Shown here in pieces: positions 24,392-32,000 of a DNA stretch of 32,000 nt (position 1 is the stretch's first letter; each line of letters opens with the position of its first letter). A program made the translations under genes and the position numbers. The stretch comes from Candidatus Ishikawaella capsulata Mpkobe (GTDB lineage: Bacteria > Pseudomonadota > Gammaproteobacteria > Enterobacterales > Enterobacteriaceae): assembly GCF_000828515.1 (NCBI RefSeq), contig NZ_AP010872.1:473222-505221 (forward strand). Direction: 5' to 3'. The notes below the pieces were generated by a model that saw nothing but the letters and a program-made list of their open reading frames with translations, ran no database searches and was not told the origin of the DNA.

Positions 24392-24518
24392 TTCTATTTC
24401 CTTCACATTAATATTTTTAAGCAAAAATTAAATTTATATATTTTAGTTAAAGTATTAATAATACCTTTAATATATTATAATATTAAAAAATATCACTGAA
24501 TTTTTTGATATAAAGATT

Positions 24519-25103
24519 ATGATGAAAAATGTTTTTTTAATATTTGTTAGTTCGTCATTAATAAACAATTTAGTTTTATTACATTTTTGCGGGCTGTGTC
24601 CTTTGATGAGAGCTGGTAAAAATATTGAAATAGCTCAAATTTTTAGTGGTATAACAACTTGTGTGATAGTTATTTCTTCAATCTGGATTTGGATATTCAC
24701 TAAAATTATTTTAGTTCCTCTTCAAATGATTTATCTTCGCTATACAATCTGTGTTTTAATAATAGCCACAATGGTACAATTAGTAGAAATTATTATGAAA
24801 AAGGTAAATCCATTAATTTATCAATCACTAGGTATATTTTTCCCTCTCATTACTACCAATTGCATGATATTAAATACCCTATTATTAAGTATAGATTTAA
24901 AATGTAATTTTTTAGAAACAATATTTTATGTCTTGGGTACTTCTTTAGGTTTTTCGCTAGTGATTATACTTTTTTCCAGTATACAAGAACGTCTAACATT
25001 AGCTAATATTCCTGTTCCCTTTCAAGGAATTTCTATTAGGTTAATTACTCTTGGATTAATTTCTTTAGCCTTTATGGGATTTCAAGGTATGATTAATTTT
25101 TAA
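24519..25103 (+). CDS. rnfA: Rnf/Rsx electron transport complex subunit A
   Basis: 194-aa membrane ORF collinear with E. coli RsxA (GLCP, LGIFFPLITTNC, SLAFMGF). It looks intact. Confidence 0.93.
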   Translation: MMKNVFLIFVSSSLINNLVLLHFCGLCPLMRAGKNIEIAQIFSGITTCVIVISSIWIWIFTKIILVPLQMIYLRYTICVLIIATMVQLVEIIMKKVNPLIYQSLGIFFPLITTNCMILNTLLLSIDLKCNFLETIFYVLGTSLGFSLVIILFSSIQERLTLANIPVPFQGISIRLITLGLISLAFMGFQGMINF

Positions 25104-25643
25104 ATGAATATATGTATTAGTATCATCGAAATAAGTATTTTAAGCTTATTATTAGGAGCCATATTGGGATATGTATCCCATTACTTTTTATTATTACCAA
25201 GTGATAATCTCAGTAAGTGCATCGACGATATATTGCCACAAAAACAATGTAGAAAATGTGGGTATGCCGATTGTTTTAGTTATGCCAATGCTATTTCTAG
25301 CAAAAATGAACAAATCAACAAGTGTATTCCAGGAGGAAACGATACAATTAGAAAAATTGCTTATTTACTTAACCTCGATATTGAGGATGTATCATTAGTT
25401 GATGGTAATGAAGCACATTCTGCATGGAATCAAGTGGCTTGGATTAATGAAGTGGCATGTATAGGTTGTACTAAATGTGTTCAGATATGTCCAGTAGATG
25501 CCATTATTGGCAGTAAAAGAACTCTTCATACTGTTATGGGTAAATTTTGTACTGGTTGTGAGTTATGTATTCATTCATGTCCTACTAATTGTATACAGAT
25601 GAAATCTGTGAACATTATTGCAACTAATCATAATAGTAGCTAA
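25104..25643 (+). CDS. rnfB: Rnf/Rsx electron transport complex subunit B
   Basis: 179-aa ORF starting directly after the rnfA stop. It has an N-terminal TM segment, the CRKCGYADC..C cluster, and two ferredoxin motifs (CIGCTKCVQICP, CTGCELCIHSCP). Confidence 0.93.
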   Translation: MNICISIIEISILSLLLGAILGYVSHYFLLLPSDNLSKCIDDILPQKQCRKCGYADCFSYANAISSKNEQINKCIPGGNDTIRKIAYLLNLDIEDVSLVDGNEAHSAWNQVAWINEVACIGCTKCVQICPVDAIIGSKRTLHTVMGKFCTGCELCIHSCPTNCIQMKSVNIIATNHNSS

Positions 25644-25670
25644 TTAAAAATTTTTTTTGCTCAATAAGAT

Positions 25671-27266
25671 ATGTTAAATCTTTTTTATTTATTCTATCAA
25701 CACTTGAAACATAAGAGTAGTTTTTTTATTTCACAAAGAAATAATTGTGTTCTTAATGATATCAAACATTTAACTTTGCCAGATAAGTTTATTATTCCTC
25801 TGAAACAACATAGTGGATTAAAAAATGAAATTTGTGTATGTCCTGGTGAAAAAGTGTTACGTGGTCAACTATTAATAAAAGGGACAAATAAAATTTCACC
25901 CATTCATGCGCCAACATCGGGATTTATAGAGTCTATAGGACATAATTCTGCATTTTCCGATATATGCATTGTTATCATACCTGATGGAGAGGATTGTTGG
26001 ATTAAATGTCAAAAATTATCAAAGTATCAAAATAAAAATAGAAATGAATTATTGCAGATAATACATGATGCCGGAATATTGCAAATCAAACAAATATACT
26101 TGGCTCGAGCAAATAGCTTGAATAATAACCCATATCAGGCCAATACTCTTATTATTAAAGCTATAGACTCCGAAACATATATAACTTCAGAAGAAAGCTT
26201 AACAAAAGAACATGCAGCAGAAGTATTAGAAGGTTGTCGTATTTTAGGATGGATTTTCAAAGTCAACAAGTTGATAATATGTATTGAAAAAAACAAAATA
26301 CAAGTCATTACAGCACTTAGTAAAGCACTAGGTGATAAAAAAGATATATATTTACATCTTATTCCCCATAAATATAGCAATGATAAACAATTAATAAAAA
26401 TAATAACTGGTTTTTCATTATCTCATGAAAGAAATTTTTCAGATCTTGGAATTATTATACATAACGCCAGCACAGCTAGAGAAGTAAAACGTGCTATTAT
26501 TAACGGTGAACCAGTTACGGAGGGAGTAACAACATTAACTGGAGATGCTCTTTCCTCTTCATGTAATGTATGGGCTCGCATTGGTACCCCAATATACCAC
26601 ATATTGTATAATAATAAACTTGTATCTAAACGTAATAATCAACTAATTATTTTAGCTAGATCTCTAAATGTCACTAGCGTAACATTTTTAAATGCACCTG
26701 TAGTAAAATCGACAAATTTTATATTTTTTTTCTCTAAAATTAACATCCACCCGAATAAATTTCCGGAAACTTCATGTATTCGCTGTGGAATTTGTGCTGA
26801 AGTTTGTCCTATAGGGTTACTTCCACAACAACTGTATTGGTATAGTATGGCTGGTGATCATAATAAGACACTTGCATATCATATAAATAAATGCATAGAA
26901 TGTGATATCTGCAGTAATGTATGTCCAAGTAATATTTCTCTAGTAAATTATTTTCGCCAAGAAAAAGCTAAGCTTCAGGAAATAAAATGTAGAGAACAAA
27001 TTATAGCTTGTTCAAAAAAACGATTTCATGAACGCCAAAAACGTTTAATAGATGAACTATCTATAACGTCTAATTGTCAAATAAAAACCATAATACCAAG
27101 AACTGGTACTCTAAAAACAGAGAATAATGTAAAAAAAATACAAAATCATCTTGAAAATGATAAGATCGCTAAAAATAAATATAAAATTGCTGTAGCAGAA
27201 GCTATTAGTAGAGCAAAAGAAAAAAAATTAGCTATATTACAAAAAAATAAATGTCTTATGGAATAG
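25671..27266 (+). CDS. rnfC: Rnf/Rsx complex subunit C, open frame but flavin/NADH-binding motifs lost
   Basis: 531-aa ORF collinear with E. coli RsxC (MLNLF, IIPLKQH, IHAPTSG, VWARIGTP, CIRCGICAEVCP, LLPQQLYW, CIECDICSNVCPS, YFRQEKA). The [9 protein letters not shown], ECEPY and MGGPLMG equivalents read ILQIKQIYLA, DSETY and LARSLNV. Confidence 0.85.
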   Translation: MLNLFYLFYQHLKHKSSFFISQRNNCVLNDIKHLTLPDKFIIPLKQHSGLKNEICVCPGEKVLRGQLLIKGTNKISPIHAPTSGFIESIGHNSAFSDICIVIIPDGEDCWIKCQKLSKYQNKNRNELLQIIHDAGILQIKQIYLARANSLNNNPYQANTLIIKAIDSETYITSEESLTKEHAAEVLEGCRILGWIFKVNKLIICIEKNKIQVITALSKALGDKKDIYLHLIPHKYSNDKQLIKIITGFSLSHERNFSDLGIIIHNASTAREVKRAIINGEPVTEGVTTLTGDALSSSCNVWARIGTPIYHILYNNKLVSKRNNQLIILARSLNVTSVTFLNAPVVKSTNFIFFFSKINIHPNKFPETSCIRCGICAEVCPIGLLPQQLYWYSMAGDHNKTLAYHINKCIECDICSNVCPSNISLVNYFRQEKAKLQEIKCREQIIACSKKRFHERQKRLIDELSITSNCQIKTIIPRTGTLKTENNVKKIQNHLENDKIAKNKYKIAVAEAISRAKEKKLAILQKNKCLME

Positions 27267-27285
27267 CAAAGCAATATCTTCTTAT

Positions 27286-28299
27286 ATGAAGAAAGTTAAA
27301 TATAACAATACTAGGTATATGATGCTATTAGTTTTAATAGCAGCTGTTCCTAGTATGAGTGTTCAATATTGGTGTTTTGGTGATGGTATATTCCTTCAAG
27401 TTACCATAGCTATAATTACGGCTTGGTTTACTGAAGCTATAATTCTTATCCTAAGAAAAAAACCTGTTTTTATAAATCTTGCAGATAATTCAGCTTTGAT
27501 AACAGCTGTATTACTTGGTAACTTAGTTCCGCCAACAACTCCATGGTGGTTGATTATGCTAGGAAGTTTTTTTGCAATTTCCTTGGCTAAACATTCTTAT
27601 GGTGGATTAGGTAATAATATTTTTAACCCAGCTATTGTAGGTTATATATTAATATTAGTGTGTTTTCCTACACAAATAACCCATGGATTACTATTATATG
27701 AATTTCAAATAAATCGACTGTCGTTTTTAGAAGCTATAAAGATTATTTTTAATAAATATCCATTGCAAATGGTAACTGATAATACCATACAAAAAAATTT
27801 ATTATTTTTTTTGAAAAATAACTTTTATGCCGATGTGATGATAAATCATATTTTATTAAAAAAAATAATATACAGTCAATTACTTATGACTAAAAAATGG
27901 GAATGGATTAATATTAATTATATGATTGGTGGTTTATTTATGATTACTAGAGGTGTAATTCGCTGGCATATACCATTTAGCATATTAATTTCTCTTTCAT
28001 TCTTTTCTATAATCAATTATCTTTTTAATCCTTATATGTATTCAACCCCATTAATTCATTTATTTTTTAGTACTACTATGTTAGGATGTTTCTTCATAGC
28101 AACAGATCCGGTAACATCACCAACTAGTAATATAGGTTGTCTTATTTATGGATGTATTATTGGTTTATTAATATGGATTATTCGGAGTTTTAGTAATTAT
28201 TATGATGGTCTAGCTTTTTCAATTTTATTAGCTAATACATGTGTACCTTTAATAGATTATTATACTGAACTCTATTTTTATGATGCTAATAAGGATTAA
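27286..28299 (+). CDS. rnfD: Rnf/Rsx complex subunit D
   Basis: 337-aa membrane ORF collinear with E. coli RsxD (MLLVLIAAVP, DNSALITAVLL, YGGLGNNIFNPA, IRWHIP, TDPVTSPT, ANTCVPLIDYYT). The central periplasmic segment is strongly diverged. Confidence 0.88.
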   Translation: MKKVKYNNTRYMMLLVLIAAVPSMSVQYWCFGDGIFLQVTIAIITAWFTEAIILILRKKPVFINLADNSALITAVLLGNLVPPTTPWWLIMLGSFFAISLAKHSYGGLGNNIFNPAIVGYILILVCFPTQITHGLLLYEFQINRLSFLEAIKIIFNKYPLQMVTDNTIQKNLLFFLKNNFYADVMINHILLKKIIYSQLLMTKKWEWININYMIGGLFMITRGVIRWHIPFSILISLSFFSIINYLFNPYMYSTPLIHLFFSTTMLGCFFIATDPVTSPTSNIGCLIYGCIIGLLIWIIRSFSNYYDGLAFSILLANTCVPLIDYYTELYFYDANKD

Positions 28300-28302
28300 T
28301 TG

Positions 28303-28470
28303 ATGTTAAATAACATTTATAAAAACAGTATTACCTTATGGTTATACACTGTTATTGTTATAAGTATAATAGCCATTGTAAATAATATTACTGAACCTAT
28401 TATCTTATCTCATAAAATGACTAGTACAGCAAATATTACGAAAAATATATTAGATATTAGTCATATATAA
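28303..28470 (+). pseudogene. rnfG: rnfG remnant: 55-codon N-terminal stub, FMN-binding domain deleted
   Basis: ATG 28303 to TAA 28468..28470 encodes MLNNIYKNSITLWLYTVIVISIIAIVNNITEPIILSHKMTSTANITKNILDISHI. This aligns with the N-terminal about 55 residues of E. coli RsxG ([37 protein letters not shown]...). rnfE starts 15 nt later, so roughly 150 codons are missing. Confidence 0.75.
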
Positions 28471-28485
28471 GCCATTTACTCACTA

Positions 28486-29160
28486 ATGAACATGATTATG
28501 ATGAAAAATCAATGTAATAGTAGTTGTAAAAAAAGTAATTTATTCAATCTATGTCCTATAATAGCAGTTACTTCTACTGTAAGTAATGCTTTAGTATTTG
28601 GTGTGATTATAATGCTAATTACAACTATTAATAATATGATTATTTCTGCATTAAGGCGTTGTATACCAACAGATATACGTTTCCCTATATATATGATAAT
28701 CATCTCTGGAATTATAACTTGCTTGCAGATGTTAATACATGCTTATGTATATAGTATCTATAAAAATATATATTTTTTTTTACCTTTAATTATTGCTAAT
28801 TGTAATATTATCCGCGAAGCAGAAACAATAGCTTATACTAATGAAATTATTCCGGCAGGATTAAATGGAATAAAAAATAGCATAAATATTATAAGTGAAA
28901 TGTTTGTATTAGCATTAGTACGTGAGATTATAGCTAATGGAATAATATTTGATAATGCTTCTCAGCAGTTTGGCTCTTGGGCTACTTATTTACGCATTCA
29001 AGTGATGCATCTAAATTCTCCTATTATAATAGCAAAATTGCCGGCCGGTGGTTTGATGATTTTAGGATTATTAATAGCCTTAAAGAATATTGCCTATCAA
29101 TATATAAAAAATATATCAGAGTTTATGATTAACAAAAGGATATTAAAAGTACATGAATAA
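28486..29160 (+). CDS. rnfE: Rnf/Rsx complex subunit E
   Basis: 224-aa membrane ORF collinear with E. coli RsxE (LCPIIAVTST, IRFPIYMII, LPLIIANC, LVREIIANG). Several normally conserved residues differ (LLGLCP reads LFNLCP, TNC reads ANC, GRAEA reads REAET). Confidence 0.88.
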   Translation: MNMIMMKNQCNSSCKKSNLFNLCPIIAVTSTVSNALVFGVIIMLITTINNMIISALRRCIPTDIRFPIYMIIISGIITCLQMLIHAYVYSIYKNIYFFLPLIIANCNIIREAETIAYTNEIIPAGLNGIKNSINIISEMFVLALVREIIANGIIFDNASQQFGSWATYLRIQVMHLNSPIIIAKLPAGGLMILGLLIALKNIAYQYIKNISEFMINKRILKVHE

Positions 29161-29781
29161 AGAAAAACGTGTACATATTTTATATAGATTACACAATAAT
29201 AATCCTTATCCTATAAGTGAACTTAATTTCACTTCTAATTTCGAGTTATTAATAGCAGTAATGTTGTCTGCAAAATCTACTGATAAAAAGGCCAAGTAAC
29301 TACCAAACTGTATTCTATTGCAAACACTCCAGAGAGCTTGATTAATCTTGGTATTCAAGGGATCACAGATTATATCCAACCTCTTGGCTTATTTAATAAT
29401 AAAGCCAAAAATATAGTTCAAACATCTCAGATTCTCCTTCAAAAATATAGAGGAAAAGTACCGGCATCTTTGACAGCCCTGAAATCCCTTCCAGGAGTAG
29501 GACAGAAAACAGCTAATGTAGTGTTAAATATTGCTTTCGGTCAAACCACTATTGCTGTGGACACTCATGTTTTTCGGGTATGTAATCGTACTGGTTTTGT
29601 AGAGAGCAATACTATTGAGCAAACAGAGAAAAAGTTATTAAAAGTCACTCCAGAAAAATTTAAAATAAATTGTCATAATTGGTTAATGTTACATGGTCGT
29701 TATATATGTATTGCAAGAAAACCAAAATGTTCTTCATGTTTAATTGAAGATTTATGTGAATATAATAATAAATTTAAATAA
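29153..29781 (+). pseudogene. nth: endonuclease III gene split by a single -1 frame break (pseudogene, or rescued by slippage)
   Basis: The frame from ATG 29153 (MNKEKRVHILYRL..ELNFTSNFELLIAVMLSAKSTDKK) stops at TAA 29297..29299. Homology continues in the -1 frame from 29287 (KGQVTTKLYSIANTPESLINLG...) to 29781. That part keeps LPGVGQKTANVV, VDTH and CIARKPKCSSCLIEDLC. The break lies at GAT AAA AAG GCC (29282..29293). Confidence 0.88.
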
Positions 29782-29906
29782 CACTTACTTAATGAATATT
29801 TTATAAATGACCAAAACATATAATACTTTGAACTCTAAACTTTAGTATAAGATATATATCTCTTATACCGGAAACTTTCAACAACTATAAACTGACTGAG
29901 GTATAT

Positions 29907-31382
29907 GTGTCAAGTGTAAATAAACTAGATAATACTATTACAAAAAATGCATTTAAGCAGCCAAAAGCATTTTATTTAATTTTTTCTATTGAGATTTGGG
30001 AGCGTTTTGGTTACTACGGCTTACAAGCAATTATCGCTGTATACCTAGTGAAACAATTAGGAATGTCTGAATCTAATTCTATTAATTTGTTTGCTTCTTT
30101 TAATGCTCTAGTGTATGGGCTGGTAGCAGTTGGAGGATGGTTAGGTGATAACGTACTTGGTACAAAACGCGTAATTATACTAGGTTTATTAGTATTATCA
30201 TTAGGATATGTATTTATAGCTTTATGTAATAATAACTTAAATATGGTTTACTTAGGTATGGCTACCATCGCAGTAGGAAGTGGCTTGTTTAAAGCTAATC
30301 CCTCTTCTTTACTATCTCGATGCTATGAAAAAGAAGATCCACGTATTAATAGTGCTTTTACTATGTTTTATATGTCTATTAATATTGGCTCTCTGTTTGC
30401 CATGATATTAACACCATGGTTAGCGGCCAAGTATAATTGGAATGTAGCATTTTCACTTTCAGTTATTGGCTTATTAATAACATTAATAAATTTTCTTTTC
30501 TTTCAACATGTGGTAAAAGATTATGGTTCTACACCGGATTTTTTACCATTAAATTTCAATAAACTATTTGTCACTATAACTGGTATTATCAGTATTATTG
30601 TTTTAGCAACTTGGTTATTACATCATCAAATAGTAACTAATATAACCATATGCGTAATTAGCTCTATTATCATAATAATCTTTATAAAACAAGTTTTTTT
30701 ATTAAAAAACAATGCACGTAGTGAAATGATAGCTGCTTTTTTATTGATGTTAGAAGCAATTGTGTTTTTCGTACTTTATATGCAGATGCCAACATCATTA
30801 AATTTCTTTGCTATACATAATGTTGAACACAGTATTTTTAGTCTAAAATTTGAACCAACTCAATATCAAGCCTTAAATCCTTTCTGGATTATAGTATTTA
30901 GTCCTATATTAGCTGTGATTTATAATAAATTAGGTGATAAATTACCTATGCCACATAAATTTGCTATTGGTATGATGTTTTGCTCCTTATCTTTTTTAGT
31001 CCTTCCTTTAGGAGCTATCTTTGCTAATAGTAAAGGTATAGTTTCTGTTTATTGGTTAATTTCTAGTTATGCTTTGCAAAGTATTGGTGAATTGATGATT
31101 GCTGGTTTAGGATTAGCTATGATTGCAAGATTAGTACCACGAAATCTGATGGGTTTTATCATGGGGGCTTGGTTTCTGAATAACGCAGGGGCTTCAGTAA
31201 TTGCAGGTAAGATAGCAACTCTTATGGCAGCACCGTCTAATAATGATCCTATATTATTACTGGCTAATTATAGCCATGTTTTTCTAAAAATAGGAGTTAT
31301 CACCGCAATAATTGGTGCATTTATGCTGATATCCGCACCTTTAATTAATCGTTTGATAGGCAATCAATCTACGAATATGTGA
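29907..31382 (+). CDS. dtpA: proton-dependent di-/tripeptide permease (POT family)
   Basis: 491-aa ORF with a GTG start and GAGG 4 nt upstream. Collinear with E. coli DtpA/TppB ([51 protein letters not shown]). It holds the same position after nth as in E. coli. Confidence 0.93.
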   Translation: MSSVNKLDNTITKNAFKQPKAFYLIFSIEIWERFGYYGLQAIIAVYLVKQLGMSESNSINLFASFNALVYGLVAVGGWLGDNVLGTKRVIILGLLVLSLGYVFIALCNNNLNMVYLGMATIAVGSGLFKANPSSLLSRCYEKEDPRINSAFTMFYMSINIGSLFAMILTPWLAAKYNWNVAFSLSVIGLLITLINFLFFQHVVKDYGSTPDFLPLNFNKLFVTITGIISIIVLATWLLHHQIVTNITICVISSIIIIIFIKQVFLLKNNARSEMIAAFLLMLEAIVFFVLYMQMPTSLNFFAIHNVEHSIFSLKFEPTQYQALNPFWIIVFSPILAVIYNKLGDKLPMPHKFAIGMMFCSLSFLVLPLGAIFANSKGIVSVYWLISSYALQSIGELMIAGLGLAMIARLVPRNLMGFIMGAWFLNNAGASVIAGKIATLMAAPSNNDPILLLANYSHVFLKIGVITAIIGAFMLISAPLINRLIGNQSTNM

Positions 31383-31391
31383 TATAAAATA

Positions 31392-31423
31392 TTTTACAAT
31401 AAAAAGAGCATTTCATTGTAAAA
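31392..31423. terminator. AT-rich hairpin in the convergent dtpA/tyrS spacer, possible terminator
   Basis: TTTTACAAT (31392..31400) pairs with ATTGTAAAA (31415..31423), a 9-bp stem with a 14-nt loop. It starts 10 nt after the dtpA stop. Confidence 0.3.
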
Positions 31424-31436
31424 ATTATTAAATGCG

Positions 31437-31496
31437 AGAAAAGATTTTTATTTATATAATACTCCTAAAATATTTCATATAGATAAAATCTTTTCT
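31437..31496. repeat. 12-bp perfect inverted repeat in the convergent dtpA/tyrS spacer
   Basis: AGAAAAGATTTT (31437..31448) pairs with AAAATCTTTTCT (31485..31496), separated by 36 nt. It could act as a bidirectional terminator. Confidence 0.3.
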
Positions 31497-31528
31497 TAAC
31501 AGTTCTGACATTCATGAAAAAAATATAT

Positions 31529-32000
31529 TTATTTCCAAATTACTAAACAATGGTGTTTTTTCCCTCTACATATTAAAGTAAACTTACCAAAAAGCTTATC
31601 TTTATTACAAAATGTATATTTAACATTATGTTGTTTTTGACCATTTACTAATATTGCTCCAGAATTAATCATATTATGAGCTTGACTTCTGGAAGGAGCT
31701 AAATGAGCATCAACTAATACTTGTGGTAAATCTGCATTTTGTTGAAGAGTGATATTTGATATTCCATCTTGAGCTAACTGTTCTAAATCTAATTTAGTTA
31801 ATTTTTTTAAATCACCACAAAAAAGACCTATGGTGATACGTTGCGCAGTTATTAATCCCTCGTTCCCATGTACTAGACGGGTAACATATTCAGCTAATAC
31901 GTATTGTGCATTTTTTATTTTTAAAGAATTAATTTCTTGTACACTGAGAAAAGTAAATAGCTTAAGAAACCGATAAACATCCTTATCCGAAATATTGATC
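31529..32000 (-). CDS. tyrS: tyrosine--tRNA ligase, C-terminal 156 codons (5' part lies beyond the window)
   Basis: Not in the ORF track because no start lies in the window. The minus-strand frame is open from 31999 to the stop at 31529..31531. It reads ...DVYRFLKLFTFLSVQEIN..AQYVLAEYVTRLVHGNEGL...LFGKFTLICRGKKHHCLVIWK, matching the E. coli TyrRS C-terminus (DVYRFLKFFTFMSIEEIN..AQYVLAEQVTRLVHGEEGL...[21 protein letters not shown]). Confidence 0.92.
   Translation of the reverse strand, partial: INISDKDVYRFLKLFTFLSVQEINSLKIKNAQYVLAEYVTRLVHGNEGLITAQRITIGLFCGDLKKLTKLDLEQLAQDGISNITLQQNADLPQVLVDAHLAPSRSQAHNMINSGAILVNGQKQHNVKYTFCNKDKLFGKFTLICRGKKHHCLVIWK

Noticed and set aside
29845-29868. Imperfect inverted repeat GTATAAGA...TCTTATAC downstream of nth, as a terminator
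   Set aside because: The stem is 8 bp and almost all A/T, with no T-run following. It cannot be told apart from chance structure.

Overview
Strongly AT-rich (about 30% GC by eye, lower between genes), gene-dense chromosomal window made almost entirely of housekeeping genes. They sit in E. coli-like synteny blocks with the intervening genes deleted. In order: leuABCD; a perhydrolase/arylesterase-type alpha/beta hydrolase (minus); thrS-infC-rpmI-rplT-pheS-pheT-ihfA; ychF-pth-prs (minus); a decayed ispE; prfA-prmC; a YghA-like SDR; astE, a DHA2-type MFS transporter and fumC (all minus); rnfA-B-C-D-(G stub)-E-nth; dtpA; and the 3' end of tyrS (minus, runs off the window). The genetic code is standard (TGA/TAA stops, TGG Trp). 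This fits a reduced-genome Enterobacterales bacterium of the insect-endosymbiont type, but I cannot name the organism from sequence alone. I found no tRNA/rRNA, CRISPR array, IS/transposase/integrase, prophage, toxin-antitoxin or defence genes, and no convincing new multi-gene system. What is unusual is gene erosion caught in place. (1) ispE is a stop-riddled but still collinear pseudogene, and lolB/hemA are gone from the prs-prfA junction. (2) The rnf-nth operon carries three independent lesions: RnfC has lost its glycine-rich flavin/NADH motifs by substitution only, rnfG is cut to a 55-codon N-terminal stub, and nth is split by one -1 frame break at GAT-AAA-AAG. (3) Mini-ORFs upstream of leuA and pheS look like degenerate attenuator leader peptides. 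Several ORF-track starts needed correction (leuC, leuD, rpmI, ihfA, prfA, fumC, astE), and infC starts at an ATT codon the track cannot see. All homology statements are by-eye comparisons with remembered E. coli K-12 (and a few other) protein sequences, not database searches.
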